Shown here piece by piece: positions 9,624 through 17,618 of a DNA stretch of 64,000 nucleotides (its first letter is position 1; the number at the start of each line of letters is the position of its first letter). Source of the stretch: Bacillota bacterium. GTDB lineage: Bacteria > Bacillota > Clostridia > Oscillospirales > Acutalibacteraceae. Position numbers and translations under genes: made by a program. Below the pieces are notes generated by a model. The model had not been told where the DNA came from. It saw nothing but the letters and a program-made list of their open reading frames with translations, and ran no database searches. The stretch is taken from assembly GCA_021769885.1 (NCBI GenBank), contig JAETSA010000001.1, positions 39,963 through 103,962 of the forward strand, read 5' to 3'.

Positions 9624-10703
9624 ATGGCGGAACATATGAAGAAAGCATATTTGCTGTTAGAGGACGGCACGGTTTTTGTTGGAAATTCGATGGGCAAAGT
9701 CGGCACGGCGATTGGTGAGGTCGTGTTTAATACCTGCACAGCTTCCTATGAAGAATTGTTGGCAGACCCGACTTATTACGGTCAAATCGTTGCGCAAACC
9801 TATCCGTTGGTCGGCAACCGCGGTGTAGCAGGTGAAAACCGTGACTCGGATATAATGTCAAACGGCTATATTGTGCGCGAATGGTGTAAAGTTCCCGCAG
9901 GCGGTGTTTCTCTGCATGAATATCTTCTCGGGCGCGGGATTGTCGGTCTGAGTGGGATTGACACACGGCGCTTGACGCGTATTTTGCGGGATAAAGGCTA
10001 TATGAAAGGCGCGATTACCGATTCGTTGGAAAATCAAGCGGATTTGCTTCGCGAAATCCGTGCATACACGATTTCGGGTGCGGTAGAAGCGGTTACTGTG
10101 AAAGCACCGCAGCATCTGTCGGCTGAAAACGAGAAATACAGAGTTGCTGTATTGGATTACGGCTTTCCGCGAAAAATTTTAGAAGCCTTGCTTTCCCGAG
10201 GCTGTTCTGTAGATATTTTTCCTGCCTCTTATACGGCAGAGCAAGTGGCGGCAGGAAAGCCGGACGGAATCTTCTTGTCGGACGGACCTGCTGACCCCGA
10301 TGACAATCCTGTTTTTATTCAAAATATTGCAGAAATTGTGAAATTAGGCGTGCCCGTATTTGCTGTCGGGCTTGGACATCAGATGTTAGCCCTGGCAAAG
10401 CAGGCGGAAATTGTAAAAATGCCGCAGGGGCATCGCGGTTCGAATCAGCCTGTTTTGGTTTTGGAATCTGAAACACTGATGGTGACAGAGCAGAATCACG
10501 GCTACACAGTAAATCAAGAGAGCTTTCCGGCGAATGTGGCGGAAGTTTCTATGATTAATATCAATGACGGCTCTGTGGAAGGTCTTTATTATCCGTCCGT
10601 TCCTGCGCTCAGTGTGCAGTTTACGCCCGACGGCAATCCTGACAGCAGTACCTCGTGGATATTTGACCGTTTTGTTGAAATGTTAGGGGAGGCGCACGTA
10701 TGA
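9624..10703 (+). CDS. carA: Carbamoyl-phosphate synthase small (glutaminase) subunit homolog with its catalytic triad replaced
   Basis: Clear CarA fold signature: GEVVFNT, YPLVGN, GIDTRRLTR, GHRGSNQPV, QNHGY. At the nucleophile motif FGICLGHQ this protein reads FAVGLGHQ, with Gly at 10368..10370. At VQYHPE it reads VQFTPD (10614..10631). Confidence 0.85.
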   Translation: MAEHMKKAYLLLEDGTVFVGNSMGKVGTAIGEVVFNTCTASYEELLADPTYYGQIVAQTYPLVGNRGVAGENRDSDIMSNGYIVREWCKVPAGGVSLHEYLLGRGIVGLSGIDTRRLTRILRDKGYMKGAITDSLENQADLLREIRAYTISGAVEAVTVKAPQHLSAENEKYRVAVLDYGFPRKILEALLSRGCSVDIFPASYTAEQVAAGKPDGIFLSDGPADPDDNPVFIQNIAEIVKLGVPVFAVGLGHQMLALAKQAEIVKMPQGHRGSNQPVLVLESETLMVTEQNHGYTVNQESFPANVAEVSMININDGSVEGLYYPSVPALSVQFTPDGNPDSSTSWIFDRFVEMLGEAHV

Positions 10704-13696
10704 AACAGCAGTTTAGGAAGATTTTAGTGGTCGGCGCAGGCCCTGTTGTGATCGGTCAGTCTGCGGAATACGATTATGCAGGTACGCAGATGTGCCGCGT
10801 ATTAAAGCAGGAGGGTATAGAAGTTGTTTCCGTAAACTCCAATCCGACAACCGTAATGACTGACCGCCGCTTAGCGGATTCCGTATATATTGAGCCGTTA
10901 AACAGTGAAACAATCAAAAAAATCATTGAAACGGAAAAGCCTGACGCAGTGCTTGCAACGGCGGGCGGTAAAACAGGCTTGGAAATTTGTTTGGAGCTTG
11001 CGCAAAACGGCTACTTGGAAGAGCATCACGCAGTTTTACTCGGCGCACAGCCTGAGGTAATCAAAAGCGTTCGCAACGAGCAGGCACTGCAAACGATGCT
11101 GCAAGCGGCAAAGGAACCGTATTTGCCGAGTGCTATTGTCAGTTCCGAAACCGAGACCTTGCAGTTCGCAGAAGCGGTTGGGTATCCTGTTTCCTGTAAA
11201 TCTGCATTTTCGGCAGAAGGCGGTGCTTTCATACGTTGCGATACAGAGGAAGCTTTGATTGCCTGCTTTACACAAAGCGTGCAAAAATCCCTTGTCGGGC
11301 AAGCTATGCTGACGAAATGCGTAGAGGGCTATAAAGAAATTGAATTTGCCTGCATTCGCGATACAGACGGTAACTGCATCAGTGTTTGCAGTACAGAAAA
11401 TATTGACGCGGTCGGCGTACACACAGGAGACAGCATTGCTGTCCTGCCTGCGCAGACTTTAACAGATTCCGAAACTGCGATGCTGCGCCGCGCGGCACGA
11501 AAAATTGCCCGCCATTTGAAAATTGAAGGTGTATGCTTAGTTCGATTTGCGCTCCATCCGGATTCGGGCGAATACTTTGTTTTGGGTGCTGAACCGCAGC
11601 TGAACCGTACAACGGCACTGATTTCCAAAGTAACAGGCTATCCGATTGCGGCAGTTTGCGCAAAAATTGCACTCGGATACCGTCTGTATGAAATTGCAAA
11701 CGAAATCACAGGCAAAACAACGGCGGCAAACGAGCCCGCAATCGACTATTGTGCGGTGAAAATCCCGAAATGGTCATTTGAAAATTTTGACGATGCTACC
11801 CGTAAACTCGACGAAACTATGAAAGCAACCGGCGAAGCCTTTGCAATCGGTACGGGGTTTGAATTGGCATTCTTAAAAGCGGTCCGCTCCGTGAATCCGA
11901 AAACCGAGCATATTTCCTTGCCGAAGCTTCGATTGAAATCTGATACGGAAATCAGAGATTTGCTGGCATCTCGGGACAATGAGCGTGTGTTTGTCATTTA
12001 CGAAGCAATTAAGCGCGGATTTTCTTTGCAGGATATTCACGCGCAAACGAGCATTGATATGTTCTTCCTGTCGAAGTTTAGAAATATTGCAGATGCGGAA
12101 CTTTCGCTGTGTGCGGACTTGAATGAAGAAACCTATCTGTATGCGAAATCCATCGGATTCTTGGATTCTGTGATTTTAAAGCTGACCGATAATGAATCTT
12201 TGCATTTTAAGGCGCGTTCCTCATATAATACTGTGGACACCTGCGCCGCAGAATACGACGTGCAGAAACCGTATTTTTATTCTGCGTGGGATGAGGAAAA
12301 TGAAGCGGAGATGTTCTTAAAGGCAAATCCCGCAAAGAAGAAAAAAATCTTAGTGGTCGGCTCGGGTCCCACCTCTGTTGGGCTTGGAACGGATCGCGAT
12401 TATGCGGCATATCAGGCGCTTTATACCTTGCGGGATTTCGGCTATGAAACGGTTATGCTCAACAACAATCCTGCGGCGAACACAACGGATTTTGCCGCAG
12501 CTGACAAGCTGTATGTAGATCCGATTACCGAAGAAGATATCGAGAGCGTTGTGCTGACCGAAAAGCCGGACGGTGCTATTTTGGTGTTCGGCGGCGGCGA
12601 AGCGTTGCGGAAATCCGAGATTTTACGCACAATGGGCGTTACGGTTTACGGCGCGGATGCATCGGTACACAGAGCACTCAAAAACAAAATTGAGTTTTTC
12701 GATATCTTAGATAAACTGAATATCCGCCATACAGGCAGTCGCAAAGTCTTGGTCGGCAAGGGTGTCGAAGTAGATGTACTGACGGACGGTGAAGATTTCT
12801 TAATTCCCGGGATTTGTGAGCATATTGAAAAAGCACAGGTGCACTCAGGGGATTCGATTTCGGTTTATCCGACGGTATCTTTGTCAGATTCCGTTAAACA
12901 GGCGGTCGTGGAATATACCGGGCGTTTGGTGCGTGAATTGGGACTTCGCGGACTTTTGAATATTCAATTTGTCGTGTATGACAACGAAGTTTATGTCACA
13001 AGCGCAAGCGCAGTGGCAACACGGAATATTCCCTTTATGACGAAAGCTTCTGCTTTGCCGATTGTGGAATTTGCTACGCGCCTAATGCTCGGCGAGTCCA
13101 TTCGGGATATCGGTGTCGGTACAGGACTTTACAAGGAATCCAATCGGTATTTTGTTCGTGTTCCAGTGTTTAGTTTTGAACAGCTGGAGGGTACGGATGT
13201 CCGACTCGGCGCGGAAATGAAATCTACCGGCGAGGTTATGGGCGTGGCTGACAATTTTGCAGAGGCACTGCTCAAGGGGTTCATCGCTTCGGGTATGCGT
13301 ATGAAACGCACAGGCGGCGTGCTGATTTCCGTTGCGGATTCCGATAAACAAGCTGCCGTGCCGCTCGGCGATGCATTCCTAAATCAGAATTTCAAGGTTT
13401 ATGCAACCTCAAATACGGCAAAATTACTGAATGCAAATCATGTCGCGGCAAATGCGGTCCGTAAAATTCACGAGGGAGAGCCGAATACGTTGACGCTGAT
13501 TTTGAAAAATCGCTTGTCTTATTTGGTATCTACTGCACAAAGCGGACCAAAAACGAACTCAGACGATGTGCGCATCCGCCGTACGGCACTTTTGCGTCGC
13601 ATTCCGGTTTTACCGTCCGTAGAAACAGCTGTAGCACTGTCAAAATGTTTGGCAGAAAACGATACGGTTGAAGAAATTCGTGTGCAAAAATTATAA
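10700..13696 (+). CDS. carB: Carbamoyl-phosphate synthase large subunit homolog, shortened, with degenerate ATP-grasp active sites
   Basis: 998 aa and collinear with CarB: GAGPVVIGQSAEYDYAGTQ, GVHTGDSI, MKATGE, EMKSTGEVMG, and an MGS-like C-terminus. EMNPRVSRSS reads GAEPQLNRTT (11585..11611). EVNPR(A/S)(A/S)RT reads TSASAVATRN (12995..13024). The Gly-rich loop reads AEGGAFI. The second RPSYVLGGR subdomain is missing near 12727..12775. The 4 nt start/stop overlap with carA is ATGA. Confidence 0.85.
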   Translation: MKQQFRKILVVGAGPVVIGQSAEYDYAGTQMCRVLKQEGIEVVSVNSNPTTVMTDRRLADSVYIEPLNSETIKKIIETEKPDAVLATAGGKTGLEICLELAQNGYLEEHHAVLLGAQPEVIKSVRNEQALQTMLQAAKEPYLPSAIVSSETETLQFAEAVGYPVSCKSAFSAEGGAFIRCDTEEALIACFTQSVQKSLVGQAMLTKCVEGYKEIEFACIRDTDGNCISVCSTENIDAVGVHTGDSIAVLPAQTLTDSETAMLRRAARKIARHLKIEGVCLVRFALHPDSGEYFVLGAEPQLNRTTALISKVTGYPIAAVCAKIALGYRLYEIANEITGKTTAANEPAIDYCAVKIPKWSFENFDDATRKLDETMKATGEAFAIGTGFELAFLKAVRSVNPKTEHISLPKLRLKSDTEIRDLLASRDNERVFVIYEAIKRGFSLQDIHAQTSIDMFFLSKFRNIADAELSLCADLNEETYLYAKSIGFLDSVILKLTDNESLHFKARSSYNTVDTCAAEYDVQKPYFYSAWDEENEAEMFLKANPAKKKKILVVGSGPTSVGLGTDRDYAAYQALYTLRDFGYETVMLNNNPAANTTDFAAADKLYVDPITEEDIESVVLTEKPDGAILVFGGGEALRKSEILRTMGVTVYGADASVHRALKNKIEFFDILDKLNIRHTGSRKVLVGKGVEVDVLTDGEDFLIPGICEHIEKAQVHSGDSISVYPTVSLSDSVKQAVVEYTGRLVRELGLRGLLNIQFVVYDNEVYVTSASAVATRNIPFMTKASALPIVEFATRLMLGESIRDIGVGTGLYKESNRYFVRVPVFSFEQLEGTDVRLGAEMKSTGEVMGVADNFAEALLKGFIASGMRMKRTGGVLISVADSDKQAAVPLGDAFLNQNFKVYATSNTAKLLNANHVAANAVRKIHEGEPNTLTLILKNRLSYLVSTAQSGPKTNSDDVRIRRTALLRRIPVLPSVETAVALSKCLAENDTVEEIRVQKL

Positions 13697-13728
13697 TACT
13701 GTGCATAAATTCATAAGAAAGGAACGGT

Positions 13729-14532
13729 ATGGATAATAGGTATCCATATCGTAAGGGCTTTTTGATGTTTCAATCCGAATACAAAATTCAATCGATAACG
13801 CAACTGAATCCGACAACCTACAGCTTGGTTTTGGAGTGCGCCGAATTGGCTGCCGAAAGTTGGTGCGGTCGATTTGTAAATATTCGTTGCGGTGAAAAAC
13901 CTTTACGCAGACCGATTTCAATTAGTGAAATTGATAAAGAGAACGGCACGATTACCTTAGTGTTTGAGGTGCGCGGAGAGGGTACAGAGTGGCTTTCTAC
14001 ACGCAGAGCGGGAGAAAAATTGGACGTTTTGGGCCCGCTTGGCAACGGATTTTTCCCGGATTCGGCAAAACGCGCAATTTTTATCGGCGGCGGTATCGGT
14101 TGCCCGCCTATGCTCGGTGCGGCGCAGGAGTACGGTGAGAATGCAGAAGCGATTTTAGGTTTTCGTTCCGCTGCGCAAATTATTTTGTTAGATAAATTCA
14201 AAGCCTGCTGTCAATCGGTAGACGTGACCACGAATGACGGTTCTTTCGGTGTAAGGGGCTTTGTCACTGATGTTTTAGCGGACAAGCTTTCCGAGAATAA
14301 AGATTGCGTAGTGTATGCCTGCGGTCCGATGCCGATGCTCAAAGGCGTCGCACAAATGTGTGCACAAAATGACGTGCAGTGCTTTGTTTCTTTGGAACAG
14401 CGTATGGGCTGCGGCGTCGGGGCGTGCTTGGTTTGCGCGTGCAAAACACACGAGGCAGACGGCGAGCATATGCGCCATGTTTGCAAAAACGGTCCTGTGT
14501 TTGATGCAAAGGAGGTCGATTTCGGTGGCTGA
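13729..14532 (+). CDS. pyrK: Dihydroorotate dehydrogenase (class 1B) electron-transfer subunit
   Basis: FAD/NAD-binding ferredoxin-reductase-like fold plus a C-terminal 2Fe-2S motif, CGVGACLVCACK. Lies directly upstream of pyrD. Confidence 0.85.
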   Translation: MDNRYPYRKGFLMFQSEYKIQSITQLNPTTYSLVLECAELAAESWCGRFVNIRCGEKPLRRPISISEIDKENGTITLVFEVRGEGTEWLSTRRAGEKLDVLGPLGNGFFPDSAKRAIFIGGGIGCPPMLGAAQEYGENAEAILGFRSAAQIILLDKFKACCQSVDVTTNDGSFGVRGFVTDVLADKLSENKDCVVYACGPMPMLKGVAQMCAQNDVQCFVSLEQRMGCGVGACLVCACKTHEADGEHMRHVCKNGPVFDAKEVDFGG

Positions 14533-15436
14533 TTTAAGGGTGAATATTGCAGGTGTTGCATTTAAAAATCCTGTGATTACCGCGAGCGGTACATTTGGGT
14601 TCGGACAGGAGTATGCCAGGCTTTACGACATTTCAAAGCTTGGCGGAATTTCCTGCAAAGGCACGACTTTAGAACCGCGTATGGGTAATCTGTCGCCGCG
14701 CATAGCCGAAACACCGTCAGGCATTCTCAACAGTGTCGGATTGCAAAATCCGGGTGTAGAAGGCTTTTTAAAAAACGATTTACCTCTTCTTGAAAATACA
14801 GATACAGTGGTTATTGCCAATATTGCAGGCAGTCAAATAGAGGATTACATCGAAACCGTGCGCCGTTTGCAGGGCTCGTCTGTAGATATGATTGAAATGA
14901 ATATTTCGTGCCCGAACGTCAAAGAAGGCGGCGTTTCCTTCGGTACATCGCCTGAGAGCGTGGAGCGTATTACGAAGCAGGTTAAAGCCGTGGCTGAACA
15001 GCCTTTAATCGTTAAGCTAACACCGAATGTCACGGACATTGCCGAGATTGCCGCGGCTGCAGAAGCCGGCGGTGCAGACGCAATTTCCTTAATCAATACG
15101 CTGACTGGCATGAAAATCGATATTGAAACCCGCCGCCCGTTGCTGAAAAATAACACAGGCGGTATGTCGGGTGCGGCGGTATTCCCTGTGGCGCTGCGTA
15201 TGGTTTGGCAGGCGGCAAACCGCGTGCAGATTCCTGTAATCGGCTTGGGTGGCATCACAAAATGGCAGGACGCAGTCGAAATGCTTTTGGCAGGTGCTAC
15301 CGCAGTGCAAATCGGTACGGCGAATTTTACCGATGCCTACACGCCGCTTAAGGTGATTGAAGGCTTGGACGCCTATTTGGACGCACACGGCGAAAAATCC
15401 GTGATGGATATCGTCGGCAAGGTGCAGGTATGGTAA
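14525..15436 (+). CDS. pyrD: Dihydroorotate dehydrogenase (class 1B) catalytic subunit
   Basis: The ORF track extends this frame back to 14315, inside pyrK. The homologous N-terminus (LRVNIAGVAFKNPVITASGTFG) starts at GTG 14525, behind AAGGAGG (14508..14514). The active-site motif NISCPN is present. Confidence 0.88.
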   Translation: MADLRVNIAGVAFKNPVITASGTFGFGQEYARLYDISKLGGISCKGTTLEPRMGNLSPRIAETPSGILNSVGLQNPGVEGFLKNDLPLLENTDTVVIANIAGSQIEDYIETVRRLQGSSVDMIEMNISCPNVKEGGVSFGTSPESVERITKQVKAVAEQPLIVKLTPNVTDIAEIAAAAEAGGADAISLINTLTGMKIDIETRRPLLKNNTGGMSGAAVFPVALRMVWQAANRVQIPVIGLGGITKWQDAVEMLLAGATAVQIGTANFTDAYTPLKVIEGLDAYLDAHGEKSVMDIVGKVQVW

Positions 15437-15843
15437 TTTTATCTGTAGATTACGGGGATGCTCGAACGGGAATCGCCGTTTGCGATAAGCTCGAATTGAT
15501 GGCCTCTCCCGTGACGGTGATTCACGAGCGCGAAAATGACCGTCTGGTGGCATGCATTGCAGAAATTGCGAAAGAAAAGCGTGCGGAGAAAATCGTCTTG
15601 GGACTTCCGAAAAATATGGACGGCTCTGAAGGCTTTCGCGCTGAAGCCTGCCGGGCTTTTGGCGCAGCACTCTCAGAAGCTGCAAATCTGCCTGTGGATT
15701 TTCAAGATGAGCGCTTAACAACCGTTTCTGCGCACCAAATGCTGAATGCTACGGATACACGCGGCAAAAAGCGAAAGGAGCTTGTGGATGCGGTGTCCGC
15801 TGTGATTATCTTAGAAGATTATTTGCGCAAAATGAAAAATTAA
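15430..15843 (+). CDS. ruvX: Holliday-junction resolvase-like / pre-16S rRNA nuclease YqgF (RuvX)
   Basis: 137 aa. The N-terminus ILSVDYGDARTGIAVCD is typical of YqgF. It overlaps the pyrD stop codon (ATGGTAA). Confidence 0.85.
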   Translation: MVILSVDYGDARTGIAVCDKLELMASPVTVIHERENDRLVACIAEIAKEKRAEKIVLGLPKNMDGSEGFRAEACRAFGAALSEAANLPVDFQDERLTTVSAHQMLNATDTRGKKRKELVDAVSAVIILEDYLRKMKN

Positions 15844-15870
15844 ATCTACCCACAATACGACAAAATTTCA

Positions 15871-15908
15871 AATCCGATACCGATATAATATGGGTATCGG
15901 ATTTTTTA
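15871..15908 (+). terminator. Rho-independent terminator ending the pyr-ruvX transcription unit
   Basis: TCCGATACC (15873..15881) pairs perfectly with GGTATCGGA (15893..15901), followed by TTTTTT. Confidence 0.75.
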
Positions 15909-15934
15909 CGCTTTTGGCGAAAGCAGGTGAGGGA

Positions 15935-16879
15935 TTGGTTGTTTATGCGGATGTTTTAATGGTTACCAATCTGTTTATCAACTATTTTTTGCTGTCTGCG
16001 GTAAAACTTTTGTTGCGCGTATCGGTTTCGAGAAAGCGAATTATACTTGGCGCACTGATTGGCAGTGTTTACGCCTTGACTATATTCTTACCGAAATTGC
16101 CGACAGCCGTGTCTGCACTTATGAATCTGAGTGCGTCTGCACTTATGGTTTTTGCCGCGTTTCCTTTACAAAGCAAAAAATTGTTTTTTAAAGCTTTTTT
16201 AGCCTTTTTCGCGATAAACTTTGCGTTTGCAGGTACAATGCTCGCTTTGTGGCTGTTTTTTCGGCCGAACGGTATGATTTATCAAAACGGAACGGTATAT
16301 TTTAATATTGACATTAAAATCCTAATCGGAACAACGGTTTTATGTTATATATTACTGACGTGTTTCAGCCGCATACTTCGAAAGCGTGCGCCTGACAACG
16401 CACTGTACGACGTTGAAATTACAAATGCAGGCAAAACCGTGTGCACAAAAGCATTGTTAGATACCGGGCACGCGCTGACGGACGGCTTTTCCGATACACC
16501 TGTATTGGTCGTTTCCCACCGCCTTGCCAAAGCACTGGCACCACCAAATCTGCAATCATTTTTGGATTCGGATATACCGCCTTACAACGTAAAGGACTTG
16601 CGGTTGATTCCGTATACCAGCGTGAGCGGGAAAGGGGTATTGAAAGCGTTTTGTGCACAAAGTATTTGTGTGCCGCAAAAGGAAAATTACACATTAAATC
16701 ACATACTGTTGGCACAAAGCAAAACCGATTTTACAAGCACAGAATATGAAGTCCTGCTATGCAGTGATTTTTTTGAACGGGGAGGTACACAAAATGTGTA
16801 TTCAAAAGCTGAAAACACTTCTGCAAAAAATATGTCTTTATTTTCGTTGGGAAGACATCCACTACATAAACGGTCCTGA
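15935..16879 (+). CDS. spoIIGA: Sigma-E processing aspartic peptidase SpoIIGA
   Basis: Polytopic N-terminus beginning (L)[19 protein letters not shown]. The aspartic protease motif [10 protein letters not shown] is present. The track's ATG at 15890 lies in the loop of the upstream terminator. I therefore prefer TTG 15935, behind AGGTGAGGG. Confidence 0.85.
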   Translation: MVVYADVLMVTNLFINYFLLSAVKLLLRVSVSRKRIILGALIGSVYALTIFLPKLPTAVSALMNLSASALMVFAAFPLQSKKLFFKAFLAFFAINFAFAGTMLALWLFFRPNGMIYQNGTVYFNIDIKILIGTTVLCYILLTCFSRILRKRAPDNALYDVEITNAGKTVCTKALLDTGHALTDGFSDTPVLVVSHRLAKALAPPNLQSFLDSDIPPYNVKDLRLIPYTSVSGKGVLKAFCAQSICVPQKENYTLNHILLAQSKTDFTSTEYEVLLCSDFFERGGTQNVYSKAENTSAKNMSLFSLGRHPLHKRS

Positions 16880-17501
16880 AACATTGCCTGAGCCGTTAAC
16901 AAGAGCAGATGAGGAAATATTGCTCAAGAGACTCTCAGCAGGTGAAACAAACGTCCGTGAGGATTTAATCGTACACAATTTACGATTGGTGGTTTATATC
17001 GCAAAGAAATTTGAAAACTCAGGTGTAAATGTTGAGGATTTAATATCTATCGGCACGATTGGCCTGATTAAAGCAGTCAACACCTTTCGTCCTGAAAAAA
17101 ATATAAAACTTGCAACCTATGCTTCACGCTGTATCGAGAATGAAATATTAATGTATTTGCGTAAAACAGGCTCTCATAAAGCAGATGTTTCCATTGATGA
17201 GCCTCTGAATGTAGACTGGGACGGCAATGAACTGTTACTTTCAGATGTTTTGGGCAGTTCTCCGGACGAAATACACGAAAACTTAGAATATGACGATGAA
17301 AAGAAACTGTTGCTTGAAAGTGTAGGGATGCTGTCTGAACGGGATCAAATGATTATGCATATGCGCTTCGGACTTGCGGGACAAAAGGAGCATACACAAA
17401 AAGATGTGGCCGAAATCCTCGGGATTTCCCAAAGCTATATTTCCCGTTTGGAAAAACGGATTATTGAACGATTACGAAAGGAAATGGAGCAAGCAGTATA
17501 A
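16794..17501 (+). CDS. sigE: Sporulation sigma factor pro-sigma-E
   Basis: Nearly collinear with B. subtilis SigE: [72 protein letters not shown]. The ATG at 16794 behind GGGGAGG gives a pro-sequence of normal length. It overlaps the spoIIGA 3' end by 86 nt. Confidence 0.92.
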   Translation: MCIQKLKTLLQKICLYFRWEDIHYINGPETLPEPLTRADEEILLKRLSAGETNVREDLIVHNLRLVVYIAKKFENSGVNVEDLISIGTIGLIKAVNTFRPEKNIKLATYASRCIENEILMYLRKTGSHKADVSIDEPLNVDWDGNELLLSDVLGSSPDEIHENLEYDDEKKLLLESVGMLSERDQMIMHMRFGLAGQKEHTQKDVAEILGISQSYISRLEKRIIERLRKEMEQAV

Positions 17502-17577
17502 AAAGTAAATATACATCATTTTATTGGTTTTATTTGTCGTTTTTTTAACAAAAAGACTATGAATTTTATGAGTTTTG

Positions 17578-17586
17578 TGCTATAAT
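17578..17586 (+). promoter_or_regulatory. Extended -10 promoter element upstream of the MBOAT gene
   Basis: TGC-TATAAT at 17578..17586, in an AT-rich gap about 35 nt upstream of the start. I did not identify a good -35. Confidence 0.4.
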
Positions 17587-17618
17587 ACTTCTGTTTTAAG
17601 TTGTTGTTTTGAGAGTGA

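Noticed and set aside
14315-14524. The upstream 70-codon extension of the pyrD frame, which starts at 14315 in the ORF track.
   Set aside because: The extension lies entirely inside pyrK and is not homologous to PyrD N-termini. A GTG at 14525 with an AAGGAGG RBS gives the canonical N-terminus.
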